Counted from the stretch's first letter, positions 43,536 through 54,933 are shown. The stretch is DNA of 64,000 nt from Diplonema japonicum (GCA_964019335.1 OZ025676.1:496001-560000); one strand, 5' to 3'. Notes: generated by a model not told the origin, from the letters alone. Numbers and translations are program-made.

Positions 43536-45653
43536 TCAGACAGGACGCTTGTTCCCCAGCCGGGGTCCCAGGATCTCGGTTGCGAAGTCACGGGTGGGTG
43601 CTTTTGGGGGGGAGAAAACGTGTCTCTTCGCCACCCGGTTGGCTACTGAGACCATTTTGTTGCTCTTCTTGTTTGGGAGACTGCTGTCAGTGGCGGGGTT
43701 GGGATTGCTTGCTGTACCAAGACCGGAAGCCTGCATCATCAGAGGCATCAGTGAGGGGCTGTCGTGTCTCTTGGGCATCAGCTGTGGTGCATTGCGGCGC
43801 AGCCATGCGGCAACCTCGTCCTGCGTGATGGGTTTGGACAGCACATCCCCGACAAGGATGAGGACGATGGTCACGAGCTCCTCTGCTGCAGTGTGGCCCA
43901 GCAGCTCGTTGTGCAGCAAGTTGAGATTCCTGGAGAGGGCATCCCTCGGCTTCTCTCTGACTTTGCTTGCCTGCTTCACCACACGCTGCATCAGGTCACA
44001 CGCTTTGAACGGTGCAGCAGGCTGTGCACCCTCACCGCTCCTCACGACCCCAGCTGCGATAGGCTGTGGGGTTGTGGTGTCTGTCTGGTACGAAGACACT
44101 TTAGTAGGTTTACCTATGTAGTCAAGTGCTGCCTCCGCATCTTGTGCCTTTTTGGAAAGCAGATCCTGCTTCCTCTGTGCAAACTTCGCACGTGCGGTGC
44201 CTGTTTTGGTCTCCATGCGCTCCAGAAGCCGCTTGAAGGCGTCGGGGATGTCGGGTGCGACGTGCATCTTGCGCTCAAGTGCCTTCATCTTATCAGCTGC
44301 GATCCTCGCCTTCTCCCTCGCGTCCTGCAGGACAGGGTTGTCCTTCCCGAACTTCTCAAGCTCCCTCATCAGCTTCGCGTTGCACCTTTCCGACTCCTGC
44401 AAGTTCTGCTTCTGCGTCTCCAATTCCAGTTCGCAAACTTTCAGCTTCGCGTTCACAACGTTTAGTTCGTTCTGCAGCACAGTGGCTTGTGCTGTGGCCA
44501 CCACTAGCTCCTTCACGGTAGCGTGGATGGCTTCCGCTCGGCTCACACCGTCTGGTGTGCCTTGTATTTCCACGGGCCGATTTTCGGCCTTCAGGGTTGC
44601 AAGCGTGCCTTCCTGTGCTGTGTCCAGCGCCTTTAGAAAGGTGGTGTGGTTCAGCAGCTGATCTTCCATCAACTCTTCCAGTTCGTTGATCTTGTTGGAG
44701 TAGGTGACCTCCTTCACTCGCAGTGTCGCGACCAGCAGCTGAAGCTGCATCACCTGTTCCTCGCACTGGTCCACACGTTCCTGCAGCGCGTTTTTTTCAC
44801 TTGTCAAATCCAACATGGCGATCTGGTGCTCCTCCCGCAGCTCTTCCTCTAGTTTCTCCCTTACAGTAGAGGCTGCGTCTTGCTGTTCTTGAAAGGCTTC
44901 TTCCAGGCGTTGCAAGGTGGCCTGCAGGTCGTCGATCTTCTTCTTGTATTTCTTTTCCAGCGCGTCCATCTCCTCCTCCAGTATTTGCTGCTGTGCCTCT
45001 AGCGTCTCCTTTTCGACCGTCAGGTTGGCCAGTTCGTACTCCAGGGAATTATTGCTATCGGTCAGCTCGATGTTGCTTTTGGCCAGTTGTGCCTCGCTGG
45101 TGCGCAAGGCGGCGAGTTTGCCTTCCAGCTCGTCGATGCGTTCGTTTTGCGCCTCGCGGTTGGCCTTCAAGACTTGCTCTTTGCGTTTTAACTCCATGAA
45201 GGCAGCCTGTGCGCGCTCTCTTTCCTTATCGGCTCCACCCTCGAAAACGGGTTTTACAGATGTTTGCAGGCTCTCGAGCTGCCATATCTTCTGCTGCAGG
45301 GCACGGATGGTTGCCTCGCAGGTGATGACGTACTTCCTGTGGTGGTGGACCTCACGACGCATCGCGTCAGTCTCGCACCGCCCGACGCTCAAGAGCATCT
45401 CGTCCTCAAGAGCCTCTAGCCGTGCTTCGTAGTCGCCGACCATCTCAGTGACCCACTCCACTTTGGCACGCTTGCTAAGCTTTCCTTCACGAAACACACT
45501 CTCCACTTTGACTACAGCCTCTCGTGTTCGTTCCCCCACACGTCCTTTGTTTTTTACAGCCAGTACTGCCGCCCAGTCTTCGTTTAAACATGAGGCCAGT
45601 GCAACAGACGGTCCCTGTCTCATGGGGGGCAGGAGCCCTGCCTCAGGAAGCAT
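43536..45653 (-). CDS. Hypothetical long coiled-coil protein (705 aa)
   Basis: Long ORF with E/K/L/Q-rich heptad pattern, ATG after an A-tract. Confidence 0.8.
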   Translation of the reverse strand: MLPEAGLLPPMRQGPSVALASCLNEDWAAVLAVKNKGRVGERTREAVVKVESVFREGKLSKRAKVEWVTEMVGDYEARLEALEDEMLLSVGRCETDAMRREVHHHRKYVITCEATIRALQQKIWQLESLQTSVKPVFEGGADKERERAQAAFMELKRKEQVLKANREAQNERIDELEGKLAALRTSEAQLAKSNIELTDSNNSLEYELANLTVEKETLEAQQQILEEEMDALEKKYKKKIDDLQATLQRLEEAFQEQQDAASTVREKLEEELREEHQIAMLDLTSEKNALQERVDQCEEQVMQLQLLVATLRVKEVTYSNKINELEELMEDQLLNHTTFLKALDTAQEGTLATLKAENRPVEIQGTPDGVSRAEAIHATVKELVVATAQATVLQNELNVVNAKLKVCELELETQKQNLQESERCNAKLMRELEKFGKDNPVLQDAREKARIAADKMKALERKMHVAPDIPDAFKRLLERMETKTGTARAKFAQRKQDLLSKKAQDAEAALDYIGKPTKVSSYQTDTTTPQPIAAGVVRSGEGAQPAAPFKACDLMQRVVKQASKVREKPRDALSRNLNLLHNELLGHTAAEELVTIVLILVGDVLSKPITQDEVAAWLRRNAPQLMPKRHDSPSLMPLMMQASGLGTASNPNPATDSSLPNKKSNKMVSVANRVAKRHVFSPPKAPTRDFATEILGPRLGNKRPV

Positions 45654-46021
45654 TTTCCCTGTGATAGTGTTTTTTTTTTTCTTTTTTCTCTCTTTTTTTT
45701 AAGAGAAGGACAGCAAGAAAACAGTGATAATCTTACGCTCAGGACAGCAAGGCAGGGCGACGGAATGTGGTTTTTTTTTTTTTTTATCTTCTTTTCTTTC
45801 CCCCCTTCTTCCCTTTATGAGGGCGCGGAAAACGATACGGAGGGAAGAGAAAAAAATAAATAAAGTTCACGACGCTTAAACCGGCAGTGCAAAAGAAAAA
45901 AGAAATCGATGGGGGGGACAGGGGGGTTAAAGGAAAAAAGAAAAAAGACCCTGGGGAAACTGAAAATGACTAATGAAAAGAAAAAAAAACCAACTCTTCA
46001 AAAAGAACGTAAAGCAACCAT

Positions 46022-46527
46022 CTAGTTCTTCTTCTTCTTGGGGCCGTTGATCTTGCAGAGACCACGGTACTTCTTCTGCCTGTTCTTCCTCTCCTTCAAC
46101 TGCTTACGGTTGGCGTCCTGTGGGTGAGTGGTGAGTGGGACAATTAAAAAAAAAAAAAAAAACCTTCTTGGTGCTGAGCCCGAGACGGACGAGCCTGTAG
46201 CGGGGCTCAATCTTCTTGGCCTGCGCGAGCTGTGGGAATTTTTTTTTTGTTTTGTTTTGTTTTGAGCTGTTTTGCTGTGCATACATCGTCGTAGATGAGA
46301 CCGAAGCCGGTGATCTTGCCACCACCGAACTCGTTGCGGAAGCCGAACACAGCGATGGTGTTCTCGTCCTGCACCTTGTACATCTCCGCCAGCTTGGCAC
46401 GGATCTCAGACTTGGGGATCGTTCCACGCTTGGTGTGGGTGAGGTCGATCACGAACTGCTTACGGCCAAGAAGAGCATTGTACATGTACTTCCTCGTCTG
46501 GATGTTGATGGTACCTTCGCCGCCCAT
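46022..46527 (-). CDS. RPS24: 40S ribosomal protein S24 (eS24), 3 exons
   Basis: LLGRKQFV, VFGFRNEFGGGKITGFGLIYDD, EPRYRL, RKQLKERKNR. Introns 46230-46284 and 46118-46163 join three ORFs in frame. Confidence 0.96.
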
Positions 46528-46615
46528 TTTGTTATATGTAACTACTCTAGATCTGTATGAATGTGGTTTCGTTTTTTTTTTCTTCTTTATTTCTTTCTTT
46601 CTTTTAAATCATTCA

Positions 46616-46691
46616 TCAGTAGACCATCGTGAACGTTACTGCTTCCTAAGTCATCGTCGGTCAGAGAGCTGGGTTAGTATTGCGTCATCAT
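46616..46691 (-). ncRNA. Box C/D snoRNA, family A copy 1
   Basis: Box C ATGATGA, D' CTGA, D CTGA. Guides complementary to conserved LSU rRNA GAGCUGGGUU and AGACCGUCGUGA. Confidence 0.85.
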
Positions 46692-46754
46692 CGAAACGTT
46701 GCGGGATGGATGGCAAAATATTAAAAAAGAAAAAAATTTTTCTTCTGTTTGATT

Positions 46755-46886
46755 TCAGTATTTAATATGCGGTGTTGATCTTTTGTATTGCGGTATCAGG
46801 AGGGGAAAGGAAAAGAAGAGGGGGCAAACCCTCTACCTCTCTTTCGTCCATCAAATTGACGTGCAAATAAGAAGATACGTCATCAT
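46755..46886 (-). ncRNA. Box C/D snoRNA, family B copy 1 (long, internal hairpin)
   Basis: Box C ATGATGA. Guide ATTTGCACGTCA complementary to LSU UGACGUGCAAAU. Terminal CTGA. Confidence 0.75.
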
Positions 46887-46946
46887 CTTTTTTAAGAAGG
46901 TTTATTATTATTTTTTTTCTAATTTATTTTTCGGCCCTTTGTGTGA

Positions 46947-47022
46947 TCAGAAGACCATCGTGAACGTTACTGCTTCCTAAGTCATGGTCGGTCAGAGAGC
47001 TGGGTTAGTATTGCGTCATCAT
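46947..47022 (-). ncRNA. Box C/D snoRNA, family A copy 2
   Basis: Near-identical to copy 1, with terminal stem TGTG/CACA. Confidence 0.85.
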
Positions 47023-47094
47023 GCACAAGGAGGACAGGGTGTGGGCAAGAAACTTTTCAAAAAAAAAATTGCAATTCTGGCAAAAGGTTTGATT

Positions 47095-47223
47095 TCAGTA
47101 TTTAATATGCGGTGTTGATCTTTTGTATTGCGGTATCAGGAGGGGAAAGGAAAGGAAAGGAAGAGCCCTCTACCTCTCTTTCGTCCATCAAATTGACGTG
47201 CAAATAAGAAGATACGTCATCAT
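47095..47223 (-). ncRNA. Box C/D snoRNA, family B copy 2
   Basis: Boxes and guides identical to B1. Differs only in the internal hairpin. Confidence 0.75.
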
Positions 47224-47264
47224 TTTTTTTTTTCTGTGATTTTGTGGCTTCCCTCCCATTGTGA

Positions 47265-47340
47265 TCAGTAGACCATCGTGAACGTTACTGCTTCCTAAGT
47301 CATGGTCGGTCAGAGAGCTGGGTTAGTATTGCGTCATCAT
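47265..47340 (-). ncRNA. Box C/D snoRNA, family A copy 3
   Basis: Near-identical to A1/A2. Confidence 0.85.
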
Positions 47341-47928
47341 GCACAAGGAGGACAGGGACGACAAGTAAGACCGAAATCAACAGAAAAGAAAAGAAAAAGG
47401 AAATATGGAAGGGATGAAATACTAAACAAAAAAAAAAACTTTAATAGTATAAAATAAAAAAAAAAAAAAAAAGAATAGGTTTTGCAAAACAAAGTAAACA
47501 TCTGGTCGCATTTTTTCCTCAAAAGTCTTAAACCGTCTGGCGGGGCAAAAAGAAACCCCCGTTTTTTTTTTTTTTTTTTTTTTTTTTATTTGCTTTGTGC
47601 AAAAATGTGAGGCCTCTCTTTTTTTTTTCTAGAGATTGGGGGTTGGATGTTGCCCAATATTTCGTCCAAGAACGGCGAAAACCTTTGGGGAAAACGCGAT
47701 CAAATATGTAAAGAAAAAAAGAGGTGAAAGGCATCTATCCCTGTAATAAATAAAAAAGAAAAAAAAAACAACTTGTTTCCTGTCCTTGTTCAAAAAAAAA
47801 AAATAATAATAATAAGAAAGAACGGAGGTCCACCAACTCCAGGGGTATGAAAAAATTCATAAAAACCCTCCAAAAAAAAAAATCACTTTTTTTTTTTCTT
47901 TCAGGACCTTCCACGTACACAGATTTTC

Positions 47929-49202
47929 TCACTTTTTCATTCTTCCGCCGATTATTGTTCCTCCTTTTTTTTTTTTTTTAATTAGTTCAAAAAAAAAAAA
48001 AATCGTTTCATCCCCACATACCGATTTTCTTCTTGGTGCTTTCCCAAGCCCTCGTAGTCCCCCGATACCACCTGAATAAGTTGGCGTGAAGCTATCGCCC
48101 CAAGTAACATCGCCATAAGAAGGAGTGCCAGTCTGTCGAGCCACAGGGGTGGTGGTAGATGTGACCCCGTCCCTGGTGATCGAGTGCGTAAGGCCAGAGC
48201 GGTGGCTTTTCCCTGACTTGAGGCTACCCCGAAGTGCTGCCAGTTCGTGCTTATGCGAAATGTGGACCTGTGGCTCATCCTCCTCGCTGTCATCGTCCAC
48301 ATGCACATCTCTGTGAACGGTTGCTGTCTTCCCCTGCACTGGCGGTGGTGTCTTCTCTTCTATAGGATCTGCGTCCTGCTTAACCTCCAAATGCCCTTCC
48401 TCTTCCTCTTCACTGCTGCTGTCACTCTCTTCCTCTGCAGGACCACGCATGCTGCCCACCACCTTCGCACTGCCTCGAGACATTGGCACTGACCTAGTAA
48501 ACGGTATTCTTCAATGACATTCAGACAGAAGAACTGGAATACACAAAAAAAAAAAAAAAAAAAAAAAAACACAAGCAAGGGGGGAGAAAATTTGCGTTTT
48601 TTTTTTTTTTTTCATTCCCCGCCCCTGTACTCAAACACCTCTATGTCGTCGTAGGCCCGCTGCAGCATGTGGAAGTGCTTGCTTGCTTCCACAGACACAT
48701 TGGCATAGATCGCCTCTTGTTCTGTTTCTTGGGTTTCTTTGATTTGGTTAAGCAACTCCAACTGCTGCTGCTTTCTGGAGAGCTCCATGGCAGGAAGGGA
48801 AGGTGCAACTGTAAAGGGCATTAAGGAAGGCCCTCCCATTTGGGGTGGCATGCCTGGTGCATGTAGCTGTTGGGCTTTCTTCAGTAATTCGATTTTCCTG
48901 TCCCTGGCGTCCATCTCCGCTTGCTGTGCTTTCTGTTGCTCCTGGATTCTCAGCAGCCCTGCTGCTGCTTGCATTATGTTGTTTGTTGTCTGCATTGAAG
49001 GCACCTGCACCTGCTGCAGCCCTGCAAGGCCTACCAACTGCTGCAACCCTAGCATCCCGTCGCCGCCTTGGCCCATCCCACCACCCCCTGTTCGCTGTCT
49101 TTTGTACCTTCCCCCTTGGTTCCCATATTGCCTCCTCTGCTGCATTTGCCCTTGCTCTACAGTGTTTGCCTGGACCAGCGGAGCCTCGCTGCTGTTTTCC
49201 AT
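47929..49202 (-). CDS. Hypothetical low-complexity (Q/G-rich, then acidic) protein; exon structure uncertain, may be two genes
   Basis: ORFs 48612-49202 and 47929-48489 join in frame through a GTACAG..TAG intron (~48494-48630). Another GTATGT donor lies near 48021. Confidence 0.5.
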
Positions 49203-49391
49203 TTTTTTTAAAATTACTTTTTTACGGTCCCCCTTGTTTTTTTTTTTTTTTTTTTTGTTTTTTTTTCACTGGGATGGGAAATCGAAAAAGAAAAGAGAAC
49301 AAAAAAAAAAGAAGACACTCATCAAAAAAAAACAAGACGGAAGGAGAGAAAAAAAAAACTCGCTCTATTTTTTGCGGTGCATTTTCACGGG

Positions 49392-49439
<48 letters not shown>

Positions 49440-49455
49440 ACTAATCCCTCCAAAA

Positions 49456-50619
49456 TTATCGTTTCTTGAGTTTCTTCTTGGCACCGACAGGCGGTTTCAC
49501 AGGCATGGTTGTAGGAGGGAAGAAAACGTCGGAGAAATTTTTGGCGATGCCTTTGTTATATATCCACCCGGTACGAGAAATGTCGGCGGGGGAGGGGGGC
49601 GGCGGGGGGAGCTCGGGGATGGCTGCATCCGGGTATTTCTCAAGGAACGCCTTCAAGGCCACCTGCTGCTCCGCACACGCCAGGTTCATGTCCTCCAGCT
49701 GCGACGCTTTGAACGTCTCGTTCGTCGTCATGTTCTTGGAAACAAGAAACAGGTGGTAGAAGAGGAACGCAAGCATCATGACAACAACACACCCCATGAA
49801 AAGAAGCTCGGCACAAACAGTGGTGTACTCCTGCCCGAGATACTGGATTACAGTCCATATATCAGCTTGGAAACGGTCGCCGTTCTTGGTGACGAAAGTG
49901 GCAGTCAAGAGCTTTGCCTTCACAGTGATGTAGGTGAGGAGGTGCCAGCATGTGTATGTTCCGTAAGAGCAAAGAACAACATGGGATATCAAAAACGCCA
50001 GGAACCATTTGTAGTTCTTCTCCCCTACATCATTATTCAGCCACCCACAGTGGTGGTCGAATTTCAACACACACCGGTTGCACAGGCTGCAGTGTTTAGA
50101 CCGAGCCGGCTTTACTGTCAAACATGTGACGCAGTTTTGATTGGAACAAAACAGTTTTTCATCATATGGGTATGCTTGTATTGTGTGGTTTTCCCGTGTC
50201 ACTGTTCCAGGGTCGGAGTAGCATGCTTTTACGAAACAATATCCAGCAAGGAAGACGCTTCCTGGTGCGGTGATGTAGTGGATCTCGGAGACCAGCGATT
50301 TCATGTAAAGGGGGAAAACACCCCAGAAGTAAAAAACAACCGCGACGCTGATCATTAGTAGGTACGCCCACTGCATCAGAGGATGCCTCACTTCGAAAAG
50401 TTGGTGCTCGACCTTGTCGGCCACGTGCTCCCCTCTACGCCTGTTCATGCAAACAGCACCCACGGCAGCAATTACGACCAACCTCGGCAGCTTATGAAGA
50501 TACTCATTCAACCGTCCCACTATCCCGTCTCTGTGGTACCTAGTGCTGCCCATCACCATGATGTATATGATGCTACCTACCACCATCAGGTAGGCAAAGA
50601 TGTATTCGAAACTCCGCAT
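49456..50619 (-). CDS. DHHC palmitoyltransferase (Swf1/ZDHHC4-like)
   Basis: CVTC..KPARSKHCSLCNRCVLKFDHHCGWLNN, NMTTNE, IYNKG..N, multiple TM helices. Confidence 0.93.
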   Translation of the reverse strand: MRSFEYIFAYLMVVGSIIYIMVMGSTRYHRDGIVGRLNEYLHKLPRLVVIAAVGAVCMNRRRGEHVADKVEHQLFEVRHPLMQWAYLLMISVAVVFYFWGVFPLYMKSLVSEIHYITAPGSVFLAGYCFVKACYSDPGTVTRENHTIQAYPYDEKLFCSNQNCVTCLTVKPARSKHCSLCNRCVLKFDHHCGWLNNDVGEKNYKWFLAFLISHVVLCSYGTYTCWHLLTYITVKAKLLTATFVTKNGDRFQADIWTVIQYLGQEYTTVCAELLFMGCVVVMMLAFLFYHLFLVSKNMTTNETFKASQLEDMNLACAEQQVALKAFLEKYPDAAIPELPPPPPSPADISRTGWIYNKGIAKNFSDVFFPPTTMPVKPPVGAKKKLKKR

Positions 50620-50885
50620 TTTTTTTGAACACTCTTTCTTTTGCCCTCCCCGGTAGGCCTCTGTAGTGGTTGGGGGGGGAGGGGGGGGGAAGTAAAATTA
50701 AATAATAATAATAAAAAAAACTCTCTTATGAGGGAAACTGGCCCCTTAGCACAGGATTCAATGGTTTTTCGGGATACTCAGGAGAAAAAAAAAGAAAAAA
50801 AAAAGACAAGGTCCCCCTCCAAAAAAAAAAAAAAGGAAAGGTCAGAAGGTTGGTGTGGGGGCCTTTTTTTCTCTCATTGTAATTT

Positions 50886-52016
50886 TCACAGACTTTCAAC
50901 CAGATTTCTCAGCCTTTCTGGATCGGCACCGGTCAGTCTTGTAAGGACGGAACCTTGTTTAAAGACGATGAAGGTGGGGAAGGCAGCAATGGAGTACTTC
51001 GCCTTGGCTTGGGTGTGAGAGTCAGCATCGATCGAGAAGAAACCGATCCTTCCCCTGTATGACCCCGCGATCTCACTGAAGATAGGAGCGATTTGCCTGC
51101 ACGGCCCGCACCACGGGGCAAAGAAGTCAACCACAACAATGTCATAAGAGCGAACGAACATCTCAAGTTCGGGAAAGGACCCAGTGGCAACCCCTGCTGG
51201 GGGTGTACGGTTAGATTTCATTTCTTCTTCCATCACATCGCATTTTTCTTGCAATTTCGTGTAAAGTAGTTCAGCGTGTATTGGGTTTTCAGGAGCAGGT
51301 GGGATGTAACCAGGCTCCAATGCTTCGGGGATTACATATACTGTGAGGACCAAATCTTTTTCGCAGTAATGCCGTGCAGGTTCACGGGGATTAAGCTTTT
51401 TCCCTGAAAAAATAACATGGAATTGATGGGGTTCGAGTTGCAGTGTTGCTGCAATACTGGAAACGATATCGCTGCTTGGAGCAAAGGGTTCCACAAGGGT
51501 GATTCGTACTGAAGTAGGTTTGTTGTGCTGCTTCCACTTGATTTCTATCCTCGGGGGGGTTTTTTTGAGGTATTTTTCATTCATTATCACAGCTCCGCTG
51601 TGTGGGGTCATTACCTCTAGAAGTTGACCGTCAGTTCGTGTTACCTTAAGGGACCTGTTGTAAAGGGTGCAGAGGTCGTCGGTTATGGTGACCCACTGCC
51701 CGGGTTTTACCCCCAAGGAATTTAGTTTTCCTGCTGTGTTTCCTTCTTTTGGTGTTTTTTTCTGAACGGAACGGTGTTTTTTCAGCGATTTTTGAATATC
51801 GTCTTCGGCTTTCTTCAATGATTCACTCTGCATACCAACGTCGCCCTTCACCACCGTTCTGTCTACCACCACTACAGACGTCCTTGCTTTTTTGACAATT
51901 ACTATGAAAAAGCCTATAACACACAGCCACATAAAGATCCTTCCCCACCCATCGACTCCTTCCTCGTCTCCTTCTGTGTGGTACCCCTTTGGGTTTACTG
52001 TGGTACTGCCTTCCAT
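50886..52016 (-). CDS. Membrane-anchored protein: TM + ubiquitin-like segment + C-terminal thioredoxin
   Basis: TM IFMWLCVIGFFIVIV. UBL-like LEPHQFHVIFSGKKL. VVDFFAPWCGPCRQIAP..FPTF. Start MEGS at 52016. Confidence 0.85.
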   Translation of the reverse strand: MEGSTTVNPKGYHTEGDEEGVDGWGRIFMWLCVIGFFIVIVKKARTSVVVVDRTVVKGDVGMQSESLKKAEDDIQKSLKKHRSVQKKTPKEGNTAGKLNSLGVKPGQWVTITDDLCTLYNRSLKVTRTDGQLLEVMTPHSGAVIMNEKYLKKTPPRIEIKWKQHNKPTSVRITLVEPFAPSSDIVSSIAATLQLEPHQFHVIFSGKKLNPREPARHYCEKDLVLTVYVIPEALEPGYIPPAPENPIHAELLYTKLQEKCDVMEEEMKSNRTPPAGVATGSFPELEMFVRSYDIVVVDFFAPWCGPCRQIAPIFSEIAGSYRGRIGFFSIDADSHTQAKAKYSIAAFPTFIVFKQGSVLTRLTGADPERLRNLVESL

Positions 52017-53957
52017 TATATTTTTTTTTCTCCCCTTTATTTGAGTTGGAAAAAAAAAAGGAGGGGGGTTGGTTAGTACATTGTAAAGATAATTTTTTTT
52101 ATTTAGATTGGGTGAAAGAGAGCAAGAAGAACAAAAAAAGAGGCAGGGGGGTGGGGGGGGGAAGTCGTTGGTAACGGTGGTGGTGGGTTCCACTTCATAC
52201 AGCATTTTTTTTTTCTTCCGATAGGGATGAACTTCTTTCGCTGTGATTTGAAAACTCACCGTATTATTATTATTATTTACCGTTTTTACTAGTCAAAAAA
52301 AAAGAAGAAAACTTAACACATCTTCTTGAGGTGAAACAATGTTTGCAACATTAATATGATCAAATGTTTTCTTCGGTATTTTGAGATTTTTTTTGTTTAA
52401 GATGGTGCAAAGGGTTTTTGCCCCTTCTCTTTTTTCTTCTTTTTTTAAATTTTAAAATACCGAGAGCGAAAGGATTTTGAGCATATAAATTTATCGTTTT
52501 TATTTTTTATTATTTATTTTGTTTCATGTAAAACTGTATCTCAAACAATATCGCCCTCTTTCGAAGCATAGAAAAAAAGAAAAAAAAAAGAAGAAAAAAA
52601 CTGGAAACAAGAGGGAAGAAGAAAAAAAAAAAAGGCGAGAAATCATAATCATCTCACGTGTTGGGACCTAATATGAAACGGAAAACGTTGTCCAAATCTG
52701 AAAAAAAAAATATTATAGGAGATTAAGGATAAAGAAGGCCAGTTGGAGTGCTTTCCATATTCGTTAATTAACGTGCAGGCTCCCTGAGACGAAAGCTGCA
52801 TTGCCCTAAAAAGGGAAGGGGGGGGTATGGTCAGTACTTGGTATCTCTCAGTTTTAAAAAAAAGAAATTCCGTGATTTGTCCGTTTTCAAAACTTCTTTC
52901 GGTCCCATATTAAGTCCAAAATTCCGGCAATAAAAAAAAATATATAAGGGGGGGGGGGAAAGGAGGGAAAAAAATCAACGTTTCGAGAGTGTCTCAGATC
53001 CTCCCCCTTTATTTCTTTCTTACAAAAACGGTGTTTCAGGGGGGGGGGGGTCAAAAAATCATTCAAACCTGGAGTTGAAACGTGAAACTCTGTATTTTTA
53101 ACGCTCCATATCCGCTAAGTGACCCGGCCTATGTCCAAAGATGAGCATAGGATAAGATTCACTGATTTTTTTTTTATTTCCAATAATTTTTCCCTTTGAA
53201 AAACTGGAACGATTACAGAGTGAACACTGTAAGTTTGTTAATTATTAGTCAGTAAGCATAACAGGGAGTGGGAAAATGGTTTTCAGTGCCCGCCGTCTGT
53301 AGTGTACTTAGCGGATATGAAGCATAAGGAGTTTTTAAAAAAAGAAATATCGCTCTCCCCCGCCCCCCGGTGGCGAGAGATTCGTAGTTAAATTATTTTC
53401 CACAAATTTTCGAACACTAGCTGCATATGCGGGTCGATTAATTTTAAGTATTAAAGAAGATGAGGGGAAGTAGAGGGGGGCCGTGTGTGTGTATTCTCAC
53501 TCTAATCGGTACTTAAATAAAAAGAACTATAAATTTACTGACACAAATAACCGGTGCACATGTATCTCAGACGTTTGTCTAGTGCCGATAGCTTGCAGGG
53601 GAAGAGAAAAAAAAAAAAAAACACATTTGTATGTAATCCCCCCCACTACCCTGCTACTTAATTATACGCACGTTTTGATGAGGGAGAAAAAAAAAACTTT
53701 TTTTGTTACAAAAATAATTTCCCAGTTTTTTTTCGTAGACATATAGGGTAAGCCCCTATTTTTTTTTTCTTTTTTTTTTTTTCTTTTCGTTCCTTAACTG
53801 AGATAGTTACAAACATAATGGAAGAGAAACTGAGGGGTGTGTGATGGGATGTTGAAGGGTAAACCCACTTGAGAGTCACCCTCTTTTTTGGTACTCCAAA
53901 AAAACAAGATTTAAAACAGCGACCCCACCCGAAAAAAAAAAAAAATAAATGGGTACT

Positions 53958-54149
53958 GCAACACTAATCGGCGTTAGCGTGCAACGCAGCATCAGGTACC
54001 TACTTGATTACAGGGGGCGCACCTCGGCCGAGCTGTAGCTTCTTCTGCGTTCCGCGTCCACTCGGGCGCTACCGGTGATGACCGACATGGAGGTCAACAG
54101 CGAACAACACATCTGAGGTACTTCTTATTTATCCATGTTATCCCCACCA
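53958..54149 (-). repeat. Short, internally deleted copy of a GC-rich duplicated element
   Basis: Strongly similar to 54946-55258 but lacks ~118 bp between CCGCGTC and CACTCGGG. Confidence 0.8.
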
Positions 54150-54392
54150 TCTCAAAAAGAAAAGAGAGAAGAGAAGGGGAAAAAAAAAGGTACTGTTTCT
54201 TAACAGCTTCCTGTTCTTTTTTTTTTTTTTCTCCCTCTTATATATTAATAGTTAGTTTACTCAAAGAATAGGTCCATTTTTTTTTGGGGGGGCTAATTTC
54301 TAAAATGGGTAACAAAAAATCGTTTTTTTTTTTAAACCCCCTTTTAAGAAAAAAAGAAGTGTATAGTATTTAGAAATTCCCGGTTTTTTCTT

Positions 54393-54424
<32 letters not shown>

Positions 54425-54933
54425 TTTTTTAATATAACTCGAGCCGGGCTTTTCAAGGGTGGGAATGAAAAAATAAGATCGATACAATAAGATACGATCG
54501 ATCAGTAATCACCACTACTTCGGGAAGAGAAGCTGGTAAATTGCAACCTGCAAGCGGGATGAAGGACAGAGTCGCACAATCTACACATCGAACGACGTCG
54601 CAGAAACCCACACTCCCACTCTTTCAAACCCGGCTCTTGTTAAATAAATAGCTTTTTTTTTTTGTTCCCCCCCCTCCCGTGTGTGTACAAACCCTCCTTG
54701 GCGATGTGACTAAGTAGTTCACCCAATCGCGCAACAGGGGTAATCTCGTACTATTTTTGGGTTCCTCTTTTTTTTTTTTTTTTTTTTTTTTAAAAACCAG
54801 GTCCTCTTTTGGTAGCACGGTTTAGACTATAATCTAGGAAGAAGGATTCACAATGAAAAGACAAAAAAAAGGGGGGGGTTTTTTTTACGCACAAATGAAA
54901 CGAATCGTGTACCGCCTAAAAAAAAAAAAAAAA

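Noticed and set aside
43536-43538. Genome-wide TGA reassignment
   Set aside because: TGA ends several well-defined genes here (541, 9542, 17707, 50886, 61517), and long ORFs contain no internal TGA.
46616-47340. CRISPR-like repeat-spacer array (also the MULE subterminal repeats)
   Set aside because: The context is eukaryotic with no cas genes. The repeats carry C/D boxes and rRNA guides, or belong to TIR arms.
48739-50358. 539-aa plus-strand ORF and other long antisense ORFs
   Set aside because: They are shadows of real minus-strand genes bridged by homopolymers, with no motifs.
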